Shown here: piece by piece, positions 36,610 to 50,084 of the stretch
How the letters are laid out: each line of letters opens with the position of its first letter
Position numbering within the stretch: the stretch's first letter is position 1
Source of the DNA: Strigamia acuminata
Lineage: Eukaryota
Length of the DNA stretch: 64,000 nucleotides
NCBI GenBank assembly: GCA_949358305.1
Contig: OX442314.1
Coordinates: 7,378,001 to 7,442,000 of the forward strand
Reading direction: 5' to 3'
Program-made: the position numbers and the translations under genes
Notes under the pieces: model-generated
Databases searched by the model: none
What the model was told of the DNA's origin: nothing
What the model saw: only the letters and a program-made list of their open reading frames with translations

Positions 36610-38469
36610 TATAAGTCGCCAAATTAATCATATTGTTCTTCGCAGCATGGAAACTTATTTAGTAGCACTCATGGGCTCCCATTTTCAGGGGCTCCCAAAC
36701 TCCAAAAAAAAATATATAAAAAAAAAAATTTTGTTTGTCAATATTTCCCAAGAAAAAAGGCTACAAGAGTTGTGTCCTCTGAGTACATAGTTCTACGTCA
36801 AAAGAGTTTTTATGTAATATTAAATGGCGGATGGAAGTGTCAAAGTTTCCCTCGATGGTTTCACGACCATCGTGACTGTCCCCGCCCATAAAAATAATAT
36901 CTAACTTTTATTTGTTGCATTTTTATAGTTCTAGTTGTATTTGAAGTCCGAATCATTCGATTGAATGATCGGCAGATTAGATCTTGGCCAATGCGAAGGA
37001 TTTTTCGCATTCACGGTCGATCGAGCCACGGAGCCGAATACGTCTCCGTAGCGTTCGTTGTGACGATGCCACAAGTCAGTCCCATCCCTCTGGCTTCGCC
37101 AGGATCCTCAACCAGTTGATGCCGCCCGTTTACACGTGCCCAGAACCCAGATCCAGTTGTATCTCGTTAATAAACATGTAAAACTGTAAGTTAGTTGATA
37201 TTCGTTACACATTCATTTTAGCGTACATTTCTTAGCTTATCTTGGTCAGGTTATTGTTAGGTTTAGCAATGTCTTGTTTCAACCGATTTATCTCGTTTAT
37301 TTGGCTAATAATTCAGCCAAAAGTAGAATCGTCACAGGCGTTGCATCCGGTTGAATCCGGTTTGTCACGTGTGTGTACAGTATGTAGAGCAACCTAACAC
37401 CAATCCAAGATAGCGTGTGAAACAAAATAAATGACCTTATCTCGCCGAAAAAAAGACCGTAGAAGATGAAAATATTGTTTAAAGTGCCATCCAGAATCTC
37501 AAAATGCCCTGTAAAATGCGTTTCTCAAAATCGGATAGTTTGTCGATTGTTACGACCAATCAGAGCGTTCGGTTGCCAAAACTGGCTTAAATTGCAACAA
37601 CAAAAAAATTGCAAATTTAATAATGCAATCCAAGAATAAAAATTATAAAATACAATATTATTTTTTAAAAAAAGAAGGCAATATTTTATTTCTATTTACA
37701 CAAACAGTTATTGATTTATAATTACAGAAATAACATGAACTGCAGAATGACAAATGGCCACCAAACTACAAATACGTAAACCACGAACACAATAAACCTA
37801 CCAGGACACGGCGCAGGGGCGAATAACATGTGGAAGGCGGTTTAACAATTACACCACCAGATGGTGCTGACCGTAAGCGCGCAATGCATGATATCCATCA
37901 GCTCTTCGATCATAACGTAACCACAACACTAACAGCAAGTACAAGACGGTAGTTTTGCCCAGTTGCCAGAAAACATAACATTTCATTATGGATCCAGTTT
38001 GGAATAATGACTTGTTTGCCATATTAGAGCCAGAAAATAAAGTAAGATAAAATAATAAACTTATTATAATGAATGAAATAATAGTTTGCATTGGTGTTTT
38101 GATGTCAAAATCACATACACGATTAAAACAATAACATTAGAATTAATGACAGATAATGAAATAATTTCCATTGTTTTTAATAAGTAATTATTGAATCGCG
38201 TGATTAAGTACTGTGCAAATAGTGTTAGAATTTTTTATCCAAATACCGAATGCAAACTATAAAATTCTGAAATACAAGGGTAAACAATTATTGTAAACAC
38301 ACGTACATATGTAATTACGAAAGTTTAAATAAATTTATGTTTATTTCATTTTTATTATTTCTTCATTGACTAATATACACAATTATATTTATCAGTTTAA
38401 ACTTCATACTAATTATTATTAAAGGGGGAACACGAAATAATTACAAAAATTAACCAGATCTTTGGAAAA

Positions 38470-39350
38470 ATGAATGTTGGGTCCAGTAATGTATTCATTT
38501 CCAACATTTTCAAAGATCTAGGATTAATTAAAATAACCGAGACCAGTGCCGAACGAATGAAAATGGCAATAGCAAATTGCTTAAGTTCTCTTAAAAAAGA
38601 TGAACTTTGCTTTGAAAGAGGGAGGCGAAGTGGTGATTTTTATGAAATTGCAGTGAACATTTTTAGCCAATTGCAGGTAATAGTAGGCAATATACACATT
38701 TTATAACACTTTAATAACTTTCGTAATTTACAGAGTTTCCAAATTGCAAATGAACATGTACAAGGTTTTATTGTACAAATGTTTCTCCAACACATTTGGG
38801 ATGAGATAAATGAAAAACCATTGCTTGAATGCACGGTTGAAACAGCCTTTCATTCGCCTTCAACGAACGATATTGACGATGAAGCATCCTTCAGATATGT
38901 GGCAGGGTTTATTTTTCGTTCCTTGTGGAACCTGTATGGGAAAAAGGAAAGCTGTCAGTGTTTATTGTGTTCGTGCGTAAACACATCATCTCAACGAACC
39001 AAATATGACTCAAAAGTCGCTAGGATAACTACAGATCGTCATAATATCGATGTCTATCAATTCCCCGACAGAAATATATCGCGAGTATGTAATTTGATTT
39101 TTTATCCCACTAACTTAATCTAATCGAATTCCATAGACCACAACCGGAAAGCAGTTGCCGCGCGAAGCGATTTCTAAAACATGGACAGAAACCGCACTAG
39201 GAAGCCTCCGACACAACAATTCCTGGAATTTTTTAATAAAAAAGTAAAAACCATGAATAAAAAAACGTGACAATACAGAATTTATTCCAATTCCTTTTAA
39301 TATAGTGAACCAACCATGCAGAAAGTGTCGAGGAGCCAGACATGTCAATC
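38470..39350 (+). pseudogene. Decayed transposon-like ORF
   Basis: Broken ORFs containing DEASFRYVAGFIFRSL...CQCLLC; a Y(V/I)AG(F/Y) plus Cys-pair motif is typical of C-terminal regions of P/THAP-associated and related DNA-transposon proteins. Confidence 0.35.
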
Positions 39351-40314
39351 AGGTGATGTCGTAATAAACTGTGTGGAAATTTGATTTGAACACTTCAATT
39401 TTTTTCCCCAACAATTTTACTAGATCTGTAATTTATAGTGTTGAAGTTTTAGTGAAGAATTTGACTGAGGGACGAAAATTACGATAGAATGAACCCATTA
39501 ATGTTTACGAATTATTTTTTATTAATTCTCTTAAAAGATGCAGTGTACATTTTAATTTAGTCATAACAACAATTTTTGCTCAATAATTTGAAATGTGTAC
39601 ATCAATAGGTAAAAGTACAAACTTACACAAGTTACCCAACTAAATATGGAATATAAAATTGGAAACAGAAATAGCTTTAGTTTTATTTTGCATTTAAACA
39701 AATATACGACGTCTTAAACATGTGTTTTTAATTCATTTATCAATACAATGTATAAAGTTCGTAGGGTGTTAGAAGGGCAAACAAAAAAACGCACTGGGTG
39801 GACAATAATGATTTTTGCTGGTTCATGTTGAACTTACAATTCCTGATGATTAAATATAGATTTATTTTTTAACCTGTGTCAAAAGAAATTTTAAATGTTC
39901 TTACATGTGCTTAGCTAATATTAGTAATGCTTTATTTAAACCCATTAGAGTGTAAATCTACAATCAATATTTTACTTTCGATACCAATTATAAGTTTTTA
40001 AAATGCAATCGTACAAAGAGAGTAGTGACATTCCCAAACCTAGTCCTACAATGCTACCGAAAAGTAAGTTATATTAGCAGTTGCTGTTCTTCTAACTGGA
40101 CTACTAGTACATGTGCACATGATTTTAAGTTCCATAAAGGTAAATTACTTTAAATTTTTTTTAATAATAAATGAAGTAAACTTTAAGATAAATAAAACTT
40201 TTAAAAACCAATGCGCATTTTACATCTTATACAAACATACTGTAGGAGCCAGACTATCCCATTTAAACGTAGGAATAACATGTCACATATGGATAGCTTT
40301 AACGTAGTCATAAT

Positions 40315-43300
40315 TTATTGCTTCTGTTGTAAACAAATCAACACAATCCTAATCTTATACCAGTTATAACTGTTTAAAATGAAGATGTAGAGAGACAGTA
40401 ATGACATTCCCAAACCTAATCCTAAAATGCTACCGATATCACTTAGCAATTGACATATTGGATATTTCAATTGCTCTTCTATACTCTCTAAGAAAGTATC
40501 AGGGAAGTGAATAAGTATTATTGTGATAGCATTATATAACACCTTATTCCCATACAAAATAATTTTGTTAAAACTATTTTCGCATGGGAGACTACATTTG
40601 CATTGTTTCTGATTTGAGTTAAAGTTCTTTAAATACACTAAATGAGCAGTTGTAATTTCACTTGTTGTATTGCAAACTGGCAAATTTGTTCTCCAGAAAT
40701 ATGGTAATCTAAAACAAACAGTAAAATGGTGAAATTGTTGTCGAACCACGTATATCTGTTGATAAAACTAGATATGTTCAATAACATACTTGCAGTTAAC
40801 AGTTCGAAATAAATTGTCTTGCATGCATGCATTTTTACACATGAAATATGCAGTTTTGTTTTGTTCACAGGGATTACGCTTTGTATTTCTTTGTATAGTC
40901 TATTTTTAAAAAAAAATCATGGTTTGTAAGTATTAGCGTGTGTAATTTGTTTAATTTATACCTCAGATCTTCGAAGTGCTACAGCATTCAACCAAAAATA
41001 ATTTAATTCCAACGACACCACGATATTAACATCTTCGTCCAGGTTATTTAGGAAAAACTGAATTCAAAATTATGTATATGAGAATTGTGTATACTTATAC
41101 GTAAATAACAAATATACAGGTATACCATAGCTTAGTACATTTAGAAACTGTTGTAATTGAATGGAGAACGATCGCATTGATTGTTGAAGATAAAGTTCGT
41201 TTATTCGCGCACACACACTGAACACGAACCGCACGCTGTAGTCACGATACAAGAAGTGACTGGAAGTCATGTGACGTGATTGGTGCGTGAGATTACACCC
41301 AACTCCCCCTGGCGGTGGGAGACCCTCATTCGAGATTTACAATACAATAAGCCAGGTGACATAAAATACCAACAGAAACTTCTGTCTCAATTTGTTCAGT
41401 TTTAAGTTTAAATCTTAAATTTGGTTTTACGGCATTATTAGTGCTCATCACAAGTAAAACAAAAGAGTTAAAGTTGTTAGATCTGATCAGTATACGTTTT
41501 TGTTTTCATTCTATACTCTGGCTCACTATAAGTTAGGCCTATTACCCATTGGCTAAGCTTAATTACTCACTGTGTGCTACCACCAGGAAAAGTAGTTCAC
41601 TTTTGTTTTATTTTGTTAAACTAATGGTGACAGTCTTGTCTAGTTATGCTGTAAAGGCAGGCTGTCTCTTTGTCATTATATTATAGGATATATCTCCTAT
41701 TTTTTACATTTGTCCTTTACTTTATAAGTTTGTATCATGTGGTCTAATACTCTCTGGCCACTCACTCATTCTAAGTTTCAACGGAATAAACATGGCGCCC
41801 CTTTTGGGACCTTCACCGCATATCAAAAAGTGATTTTCTCTCGATGAATGTAGCGAACAATCCGATTAAAGTGGCAAAATTTAATTTTTTTTGTTTTTAT
41901 TTGTGATGAGCGGCAATAATGCCATAAAACCAAATTTTAGATTTATGTTACCTTTAGATGCTGGTCACAGACTTCTGAAGGAAACAGATTTTGAAATGTG
42001 ATTAAAAGTGGAGCATTTAGGTCGATTGTTTTTTCTGAAAAGTGTTCGAAAGGTTAGACTCAATTTTCACACCCATCTGGTGGAAAGGAGTTTTCATAAG
42101 CAAAAAACCCATTGAGTTGAGTGTAAGTTGAGTTTCTTAAGAATAACCAGATAATGAATGAATGAATGAATGAATTATATTTGTAGATTACCTGTGTTTA
42201 TTCGTGAACAATTACCAAAAGGAAGTAAAACAGGATTCAGTGATATGTTTAGGGCTGCTATGTATCCAAAAAGTTTCTACAAAAACAATAATTTCTATTA
42301 CCGTATTACTGTTTCTTTTTGGAATATAGTGTAAGCCGTGTACCTCATCCTTAATATCAATTGTTTCGTGGACATTAAGTGTTTTCCAGATTTTGTCTAG
42401 CGACAAGTTTTTGCCGTACAATTGCCAGGGTGATATTTTATTGCAGGTTTTGTTAGCATGTTTCAGTTCGTGTAATCTGGCTTCATCCATCTCATTATTT
42501 TGTTTTTCACCACAGACCGTAACTGACTGATATTCTGTGTAGCGGCGTTCAACTATTCTAACCGTTTTTGTTACCGGTTCTTCAATGTAGTAGTTGAAAC
42601 GATTGTGCAAACAATATAAAGTGAATACTGTCATCACAAATACCAGGACAAACTGAAACTTTTCTGAGACTCTTGCTGTCAGGGTTTGCTCTTCATTCTC
42701 AATGACTTTCTTCTTGCATATCTCATACAGACAGCGTATCTTATTGACGGATGTTTTTTGCTCATTTTTTGTTGTGATGTAATATAAATACCAAGCAATT
42801 TCAGGTAATGAAAGAAATGATAGGCCGAGAAACAGGCCCAGATTGCCTCCTAAATCTGACAATAGAGCAATAATATCGTACGTGTAACGTTCTTCATACA
42901 CGCTAATTTTGTCATTAGTTATTGCTAAAGACACCGATACACTTTTTCTATTGTCTGCTGTGCCTGAATCAGTGGATTGTGTAATAGTTATTTGCTGACA
43001 AGGACGTCGACATAGACAATCAGAAATTGGATGTATTGTTTCAATCATCTTCTTTACAACAACATATTGCACATGTGTGTTGTTCGAACATTTGCAAAGC
43101 GGTAAATCAATTTTCATGAAGGGAAATCTTGTAAAGAAATTTTTTTATCATTGTTTTTTTATCCAATGATTACATCTCATATATTCTTCTTACCTGCATG
43201 TTAGATCCTTTTTAAATTTTTTCAATAGACAACTCCGATAACATTCTCTGTATTCGTCTTCACTGGAGCATTCATTGATAGGTGAATTAAGAAATAAAAA

Positions 43301-45594
43301 CTAAAAAATTTAAAACATATTAATGTATACAGTAGTATAAAATTAAGTTTTGGTTAATACTTTACTTTGTTATAACTGAGATAAGTTATGGATTTTGCAC
43401 CAGGGTAGAGCACTGCCACGCCAATTGGTTTTCCAAAATCATAGAATGAAAGTGCAACCTAAGTGCAATATAAAAAAATATATATTTAAATATAAATTTT
43501 ATTGATTAAAATTACCCAGTATGGTGCTGAAAGGCATATGGAATCATGAGTTTTTTCCAGTTTTACTGTCAGTACTTGCCCAGCAAATGAGTAACTAGAA
43601 CCTTCCACTATGATAAATGATAAAATGTATCAATGTATACTCTGGCTCACCATAAGAGTATGACCTCGGTCGAGCCTGTTTACTATCACTGTTTTAGTTA
43701 ATCTGATTATTTTAGATGTTTGAAGTAATGTAAAATGACTAATATTAGTCATATTAGTCAATATTAGTCATTTTACATTATTTCAAACATCTAAAATAAT
43801 CAAACTAATTAAAACCACAACAGAACTACTTTTCCTAGTGAAAGTATACAGGTACCTATATACGTAGCAGTGATGAGTAAACAGGCTCGACCGAGGTCAT
43901 ACTCTTATGGTGAGCCAGAGTATAGGTAGTGCTAAATGTTTGTTTATACTAGTATACTCTGTCTGACCTTAAGAATAGAGAAAACTCCAGCATTATTACT
44001 CCTTGTGTGAACCCACAAGCGAAAGTAGTTCCTTTCTATACTCAGGCTCACCGTTAAAGACACACTACTAACGCCAGTTCCTATTTGCCGAGCCTATTTA
44101 CTCCTTACTGTTGCCTGTATTATTCTACCAGGAAAAGTAGGTTTGTTTTAATTTTAATTACTTTGATTATTTTAGGTGTTTGTAATGATGTGAATTGTCT
44201 TATATGTGATAATAAAATATTTTAAAAAGTTTGGAAGGAATGTTTTATGTTTTAACTTCAAAATACATGATTGTTTAGTTCGTTAAATTTATCGGTTGCT
44301 TTTTCCAGCTGGTTGTTTTCAAATGTATGATCGATTGTTATGTCTGGACACAAAATGGCTTCCCGTAACTCAAGCGTTTGTATTTTGGCCTACTTTTATG
44401 TAGCCCTACACCAGTGAATAGGCTCGGCCAATAGGAACTGGTGTTAGTAGTGTGTCTTTAACGGTGAGCCTGAGCATAGTTTGAATTTTTCAAATTTTTT
44501 TATTACTACATCAGTTTAAGTGGTGTGGTTTTGTGTATATTAACTAATAAAATGTTGTTTCTCATTATCCAGTTAATGTGTAGTCTGTTTGTATTAACAT
44601 TCGCATATTTTTACACTTTATACTCTTTCCACACTCAAAATGCACCCTCTGAAGCTTGGCTCCCATTGGCCACCAATCAACTGCAGTTCTAAGGATTAGT
44701 ACACCAGTGATATGGTGGCCAATGGGAGCCAAGCTTCAGAGGGTGCATTTTGAGTGTGGAAAGAGTATAAAGGATAATTTTTCAGGAAATCAACAACCTT
44801 TGAAATGGTTATTGCTTGTCAAACAACTCCGGTAGTTGTTGTGTTGTTACTAAAACCTGGTGTTTTATTATAACCTGGTGTATTGTTCTACTTTTCGGTA
44901 TCACTACACCAGTGAAAAGGCCTCAACCAATGGGAGTTTTCTCTATTCTTAAGGTAAGACAGAGTATAGTTACGAAATTTAATTGTTGAGCATATTCCAT
45001 AGTGTCCAACAGCTTGTGTCAGAACAACTGTATTGTTAGAATATCCCTGTGCAAAATAAAGTGTATTTAAATTATTTTCCCTTGTGAATTAAGAAATACT
45101 TTTGTCATTCTTTTTACTTTTCTTTTTATGCTCACTATTTCTTCTGTCAAATTAGTCGCTTTCCAAAGTTCGTCTACATTGTAAGTTGGGTTTACCATCA
45201 GCGTTTGCAACATGTCAGCACATTCTTCAGTTCCAGCTTTGACTTTTCCATAAGTTTTATTCCAAAATCTAGTCATTTCTTTCGTATTGCTACTGCATAT
45301 CTCCAATTTTGGTAGAACGACATCTTCCGGTCTATTCGTTACGTCAATAACCGTAGGATAACTCAAGTAATACATTATTCTATCGTAAGTAAGGTAAGAG
45401 AGCATGCACGTGCAAAATGAGAATAAAAGCAGCCAAAATACGTGACGTTTTCTCCAATGTTTTCTATTGTTTACGAAATCATCCAATCCAATTAAGTTGC
45501 ATTTATGTTTATTTTCGTCATCTTTCAACAAGCGATGAATTGCCAAATTTAGTAATCTTTGACTCTTTCTTCTCATTAAATAATTATTCTGCAT
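40315..45594 (-). CDS. Tandem two-repeat DEG/ENaC channel, copy C (11 exons, 797 aa)
   Basis: Exons 45594-45118, 45046-44974, 43607-43516, 43458-43366, 43300-43194, 43127-42344, 42276-42192, 42034-41952, 41057-40962, 40899-40790, 40708-40315 join in frame; TM2a LLSDLGGNLGLFLGLS, TM2b LLSDIGSILGLGLGMS. Confidence 0.88.
43636..43924. mobile_element. TATACTC-family foldback MITE
   Basis: tatactctggctcaccataagagtatgacctcggtcgagcctgtttact perfectly mirrored at the right end. Confidence 0.85.
43953..44968. mobile_element. TATACTC-family MITE containing two nested family members (44037-44478, 44619-44769)
   Basis: Three distinct, properly nested inverted-repeat pairs, each starting TATACTC. Confidence 0.85.
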
Positions 45595-45709
45595 TTTATC
45601 TCTTGCAGAATTCAAACTATGGATTAAACAAAGATACATGTACCAAACTGTAAGACCAATTTGATGACTTCTAAATAATTTTAAAAAGTTTTTAATACAG
45701 AGTTAGATG

Positions 45710-46716
45710 TATACCCAAATCCACTCCAAGCGTGGTCTAACTCCCATTGGCTGTATCTTATTACCCCTAACTACAGACTGTGCACTACCACAAGAAAAAG
45801 TAGTTTTATTTATTTTTAATTGTTTTGCGACTGGTGTGATCTTCGCCATGGGTGCCATGGGACTGGTTACCATGGTTTGGGACGCATACTCATGTAATAA
45901 TGACGAGAGACTCCAGATTGTTGGTTGATGGCCTTTAATCGTTAGTCTAGGGGTTGGAGACTCGCATCACCCGGGTGTTGGCAGTGCCGCGAATGCACGG
46001 CCACACCGGCAACCGACCCGCCACACACAGAGCAAGAGTCTCATGTATGACGTGGTCAGTGAAACATTACCATTCCATCGTACTTACCTGAACGACCCAT
46101 GTAACTGCTCATGGAGGCTGTAGTGGACCCATCACCACAATACTGAGCATCGCAGTGGTGAATGGGGAGGAGTGCAGAGTCAGCAGTGGGCACAACTGCC
46201 CTTGCTGGCACAGGACACTTGTCTTGGCTGACACCAAGCACTCTTCCTTGTGACCTTTCTCTACGGTGGTTGCTTTCCTACTTTCTACTCCCCAGACCAG
46301 TAAGCTCCCTCCTTCCCTCACTGGGTCAAATCACTCCGCGAAGAAAGGATGACCTTAGGGCCACTAGGTGGTATGTAGCAGTGACGCGGGTCACTCTTGT
46401 GTGGCCCAGCGGTCACAGTTTTGAGTATTTTAATTATTAGAATCATGTAATTTTTTTGATTTTTCAAAAAACTGTTTATATCATTTACAAGATAAGGTTT
46501 TATATTGTTTTTCCTTCAATAAGCATTCTTGTTTAGTTTATTGGTTGCTTTGACAGGAAAGCAAACAATTTCCTAACAATAAGTAGTCGATTACAATGTC
46601 TGTACGTCTAATGCAATTTTGGTGTTTTGGCCTACTTTTTGTATCACAAAGCAATACACAAGTTAAATGGCTTGGCCAATGGGAGTTAGGGTTCTCTTGG
46701 AATGAGTTTGAGTATA
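45710..46716. mobile_element. Old TATACTC-family element interrupted by a solo LTR
   Basis: tatacccaaatccactccaag..ctaactcccattggc / gccaatgggagttag..cttggaatgagtttgagtata; internal part matches 1860-2044 and 32163-32257. Confidence 0.6.
45826..46417 (-). mobile_element. Solo LTR (4-bp TSD gttt), same family as 31550-32162
   Basis: gttt|tgcgactgg ... gcggtcaca|gttt; reverse complement aligns to 31553-32162 (tgtgaccgc..gtcactgc..agtggccctaaggtcatcc). Confidence 0.75.
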
Positions 46717-47452
46717 TATTAGCTTCTTACCTGCTTTTGGTTGTGTGGAAAGGTGCCTGCAAGTTATTTCATGTCTACCAGTGTTGTGAGTTCAGAATTG
46801 AATGTTCCTTCTTTGTTTACTGTAATTTCTTTTTTTCCATAGTAACTCTTTGTATGAAGTTGATGATTATTGATTTCCATTAACATGTCTGTTTTGAGTG
46901 AAAGAAAGCTTAATTGAATTTTTGAACCGTGTATAATTATTTACAGAAAATGTTCTGTTGAAAAAAATTGATCATACAATGCGTACAACTTTGCAAGATA
47001 TATCTAGGACCGCCTATTTTGTACCACGCACAAGTTACAGTAATTGGAGACCGAGGAAAATGGAGTTATTACAGAGTAATTACAATACAATCAATTTTTG
47101 AAGTAAAACTTCTTGGGCGCAGCAGAGACTCCAAACCGGAAATGATAATAACTGATGGAAATGATGTAACAGTTAGGGGAAAAGCAAAGCACAATAACTT
47201 ACAAGCAGTGAAAGGAGGGGCGCAGACCACAGACCAATACAAAATAATTGACAAACACAAAACACAAAACATTAGTTAATTTGTAATAAGTAGAGATGTT
47301 TCATGTGGTTTTAAGCACACTCTTTGTTGTTCTCTTGACGTGTTGTACCAAGTTATGAGCCTCTACCTACCATTTACCCATTTACGTTGTGGCTCACCAA
47401 AGTGGTGGCCAATGGCACCACCACAAACCCCTCTTATTCACTCGACCTTAAA

Positions 47453-48073
47453 CCCTAGCAGCCCCCACCTAAAAAAAAATCCCTACTCACCCATCCCGGG
47501 TCATTTTTGACCCCAAACAAAATGGCCGCCGCAGCACATGGACGCATGTAGTGTCCAAATGATTCGATCATTTTTCTGTTTATATGACATCTAACTTCAG
47601 TTATTTTGGTATTTTTAGTGTGTGATAACATTAGAGTTAATAATAGCAAAATATTTCGTTGTAATAAAGGTTAAGCGGCAACAATACCGCACCACGAAAT
47701 ACCGCAACACACGGACGGTACGGTACCGGCGGCCATGCACCAGTTCGTCCTAGCAGACGTAACGAAAAATCGATCGTTTTAGTTAAAATATTGGTTGTTT
47801 TAGAAAAAAATGATGGTTTTAGTAAAAATAAATATTAGTTTGGACCAAAAAATGACATTTTCGACCTTAAAATTGTGTTTTTAGCCCAAAATCGAAGTTA
47901 TTAGCAAAAAAAAAAAAATTAAAGTTATCAATCCCCATATTTTTTTTATTGTTTTAAATGATAAAAAAGCAAAATACGAAAAAAATCAGAAAGAAAAACA
48001 TTTTTTTTAATAGAAAAAAAAATAAAAAACACTTTCCAGGGTCAAAATTGACCCTAGGTTGGGGTGGGGAGGG
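47453..48073. mobile_element. piggyBac-like MITE
   Basis: ttaaa|ccct ... aggg|ttaa; subterminal gggtcatttttgaccc / gggtcaaaattgaccc; empty site cctttaaacggcag in the duplicate at about 48821. Confidence 0.7.
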
Positions 48074-48941
48074 TTAAACGGCAGTTTTAACAAACAGCTT
48101 CCGGAAAGCAAACAAGTGCAGTATTACAGTTTGTTAGATTTTCCCCGAAAACAAAACATATTTAAAGGCGGGTAAAGTTATTATTTCGTTTTCAATACAA
48201 ATATAGTCAGTTGAAAAATATAGTTTTCAATTTTTAATTTTTTCTAATTTTTCAGCATTTGTTGAATTCGTTTAATTTAATCGATATAAAATATTTTCTC
48301 CAGAGTTATGATTATAGATGGGTTAATTTTAATAAAATTGGGACATTTTTACAATGGTAATAATTACTCAAATAATTACTCAGACATTGTATTGGAAATT
48401 AAGTTTTATTTTCTAATTTGTGTCCACAATGTGTGATGACAAACAGAAGACAAAAACAGCGACCGATCTGACCCAAACTCAGAATAGTTGTAATTTCATT
48501 TTAAATTTTTTTAAATAAGCAATCTAACATTTAGCCTTGACGAACTGTGCATGAATCGATGTGGAGAGTGGAGAACCGATCGAAGTGTGTGTGCCAAACT
48601 ACCACCAGGCGTAGTGGCTGTCACGCGCATAGAGAAATCAATGGTAAAAAACTGAGGGTTTCGTATTGCAAATTTGTGTAAATATTTGAATTTACACCGG
48701 ATTAATTAATTAATTCAAATTGAAACAATCTATCAAGATAAACTCAACCTATTTACATTGTGGGTCACCAAAGTGGTGGCCAAAAATGGCACCATCACAA
48801 AACCCCCCTTTTTCACTCGACCTTTAAACGGCAGTTTAAACAAACACCTTCCGGAAACCAAACAAGTGCAGTATTACAGTTTGTTCGATTTTCACCTAAA
48901 GCAAAACATATTTAAAGGCGGGTAAAGTTATTATTTCGTTT

Positions 48942-49331
48942 GGGGCCGTCCATATATTACGTAACGCCTGGAGGGGGGGGAGGGGGTTTCAAATTTTGTT
49001 ACGGGTTGTTACGACGGGGAGGGGGGGGGGGGTTCTTAATAATGTTACGTAACAAAATTTTTTTTAACATTTTTGAAAATTTTTGAAAAGTTTTGAAAAT
49101 TTTTGAAAATTTTTGAAAATTTTTTGTAATTTTTTTTAAATTTTTGTAAACCTTTGTATTATAAGCTTGTATCAATTTTTTTTTTTTGGGGGGGGGGGGT
49201 GGTGGTGAGTTTTGTTACGTAATATAATATTCTAGGGGGGGTTTGTGGATTTGTTACGACCTTGTTACAAGGGGGGGGGGAGGGGGTCTAAAAATCGAAA
49301 AATCAGCGTTACGTAATTTATGGACGGCCCC
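48942..49331. mobile_element. Harbinger-like MITE
   Basis: TIR ggggccgtccatatattacgtaacgc / gcgttacgtaatttatggacggcccc; empty site in the duplicate at about 48190. Confidence 0.8.
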
Positions 49332-50084
49332 TTTTTAATAAAAATATAGTCAGTTGAAAAATATAGTTTTCATTTTTTAATTTTCTCTAATTTTTCAGCA
49401 TTTGTTGATTTTGTTTAATTTAATCGAAATGGTTGGAGACTTTGTTCCCTTCAGCGCTGGTTTCCTTCGCTTTCTAATAATTAAGGATAAAGGAGGGTGT
49501 ATATCGACTGACATTTCATAGTTTTGATGGAATTTTGAAAATATCAGTTTTTTTCATTGGCTTTTTGTACTTACAGTTTCCAAGTTACATTTCGTGGATC
49601 CGTAGTACTCGATCTGTTTCGTCTTGCCACAGCAATGCATTATATAGATGTTGTCTGTTGGGAAAATAATTTAAAATTAATGACAGCTTAAATAAATTAT
49701 CACTATGGCACGAATCATTGAAAAGGTGGTTTCCCCTACCGGTAATCACCAGTTGAATGTCAGGAAACCTATCATTAAAAATTTTTTGAAAGACCTTTTT
49801 TCAGAAGAAATAATGATGTTTAATTACTATGTTGTGCACGTTTCTTCTCCAAACATGTTGTTGAAAATTTCTATTGACATTTTTCGTGTCAGCATATTTG
49901 ACGAGGCAAAATGCTATTTTGCCATTTTGTGGATTTCTGATAAATTTATTAAATTTTGTTAAGAAATTATGAAAAAAAGGATTGAAATTTGTACGTTTTT
50001 GTTTGGGACTTTGTGCTCTACGATTTAAATGTCAACGGATATTGAGTCGCGTGTCAAAAGTGTCTAAGTGTCAAAAATATAAAT

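Noticed and set aside
41149..41346. Possible short solo LTR in ENaC-C intron 8 (tgttgtaa...ttacaataca)
   Set aside because: No convincing TSD or second copy in the window.
46596..46883. 95-aa hydrophobic plus-strand ORF
   Set aside because: Spans a MITE end and non-coding duplicated sequence; the paralogous copy is interrupted by an LTR at its 5' end.
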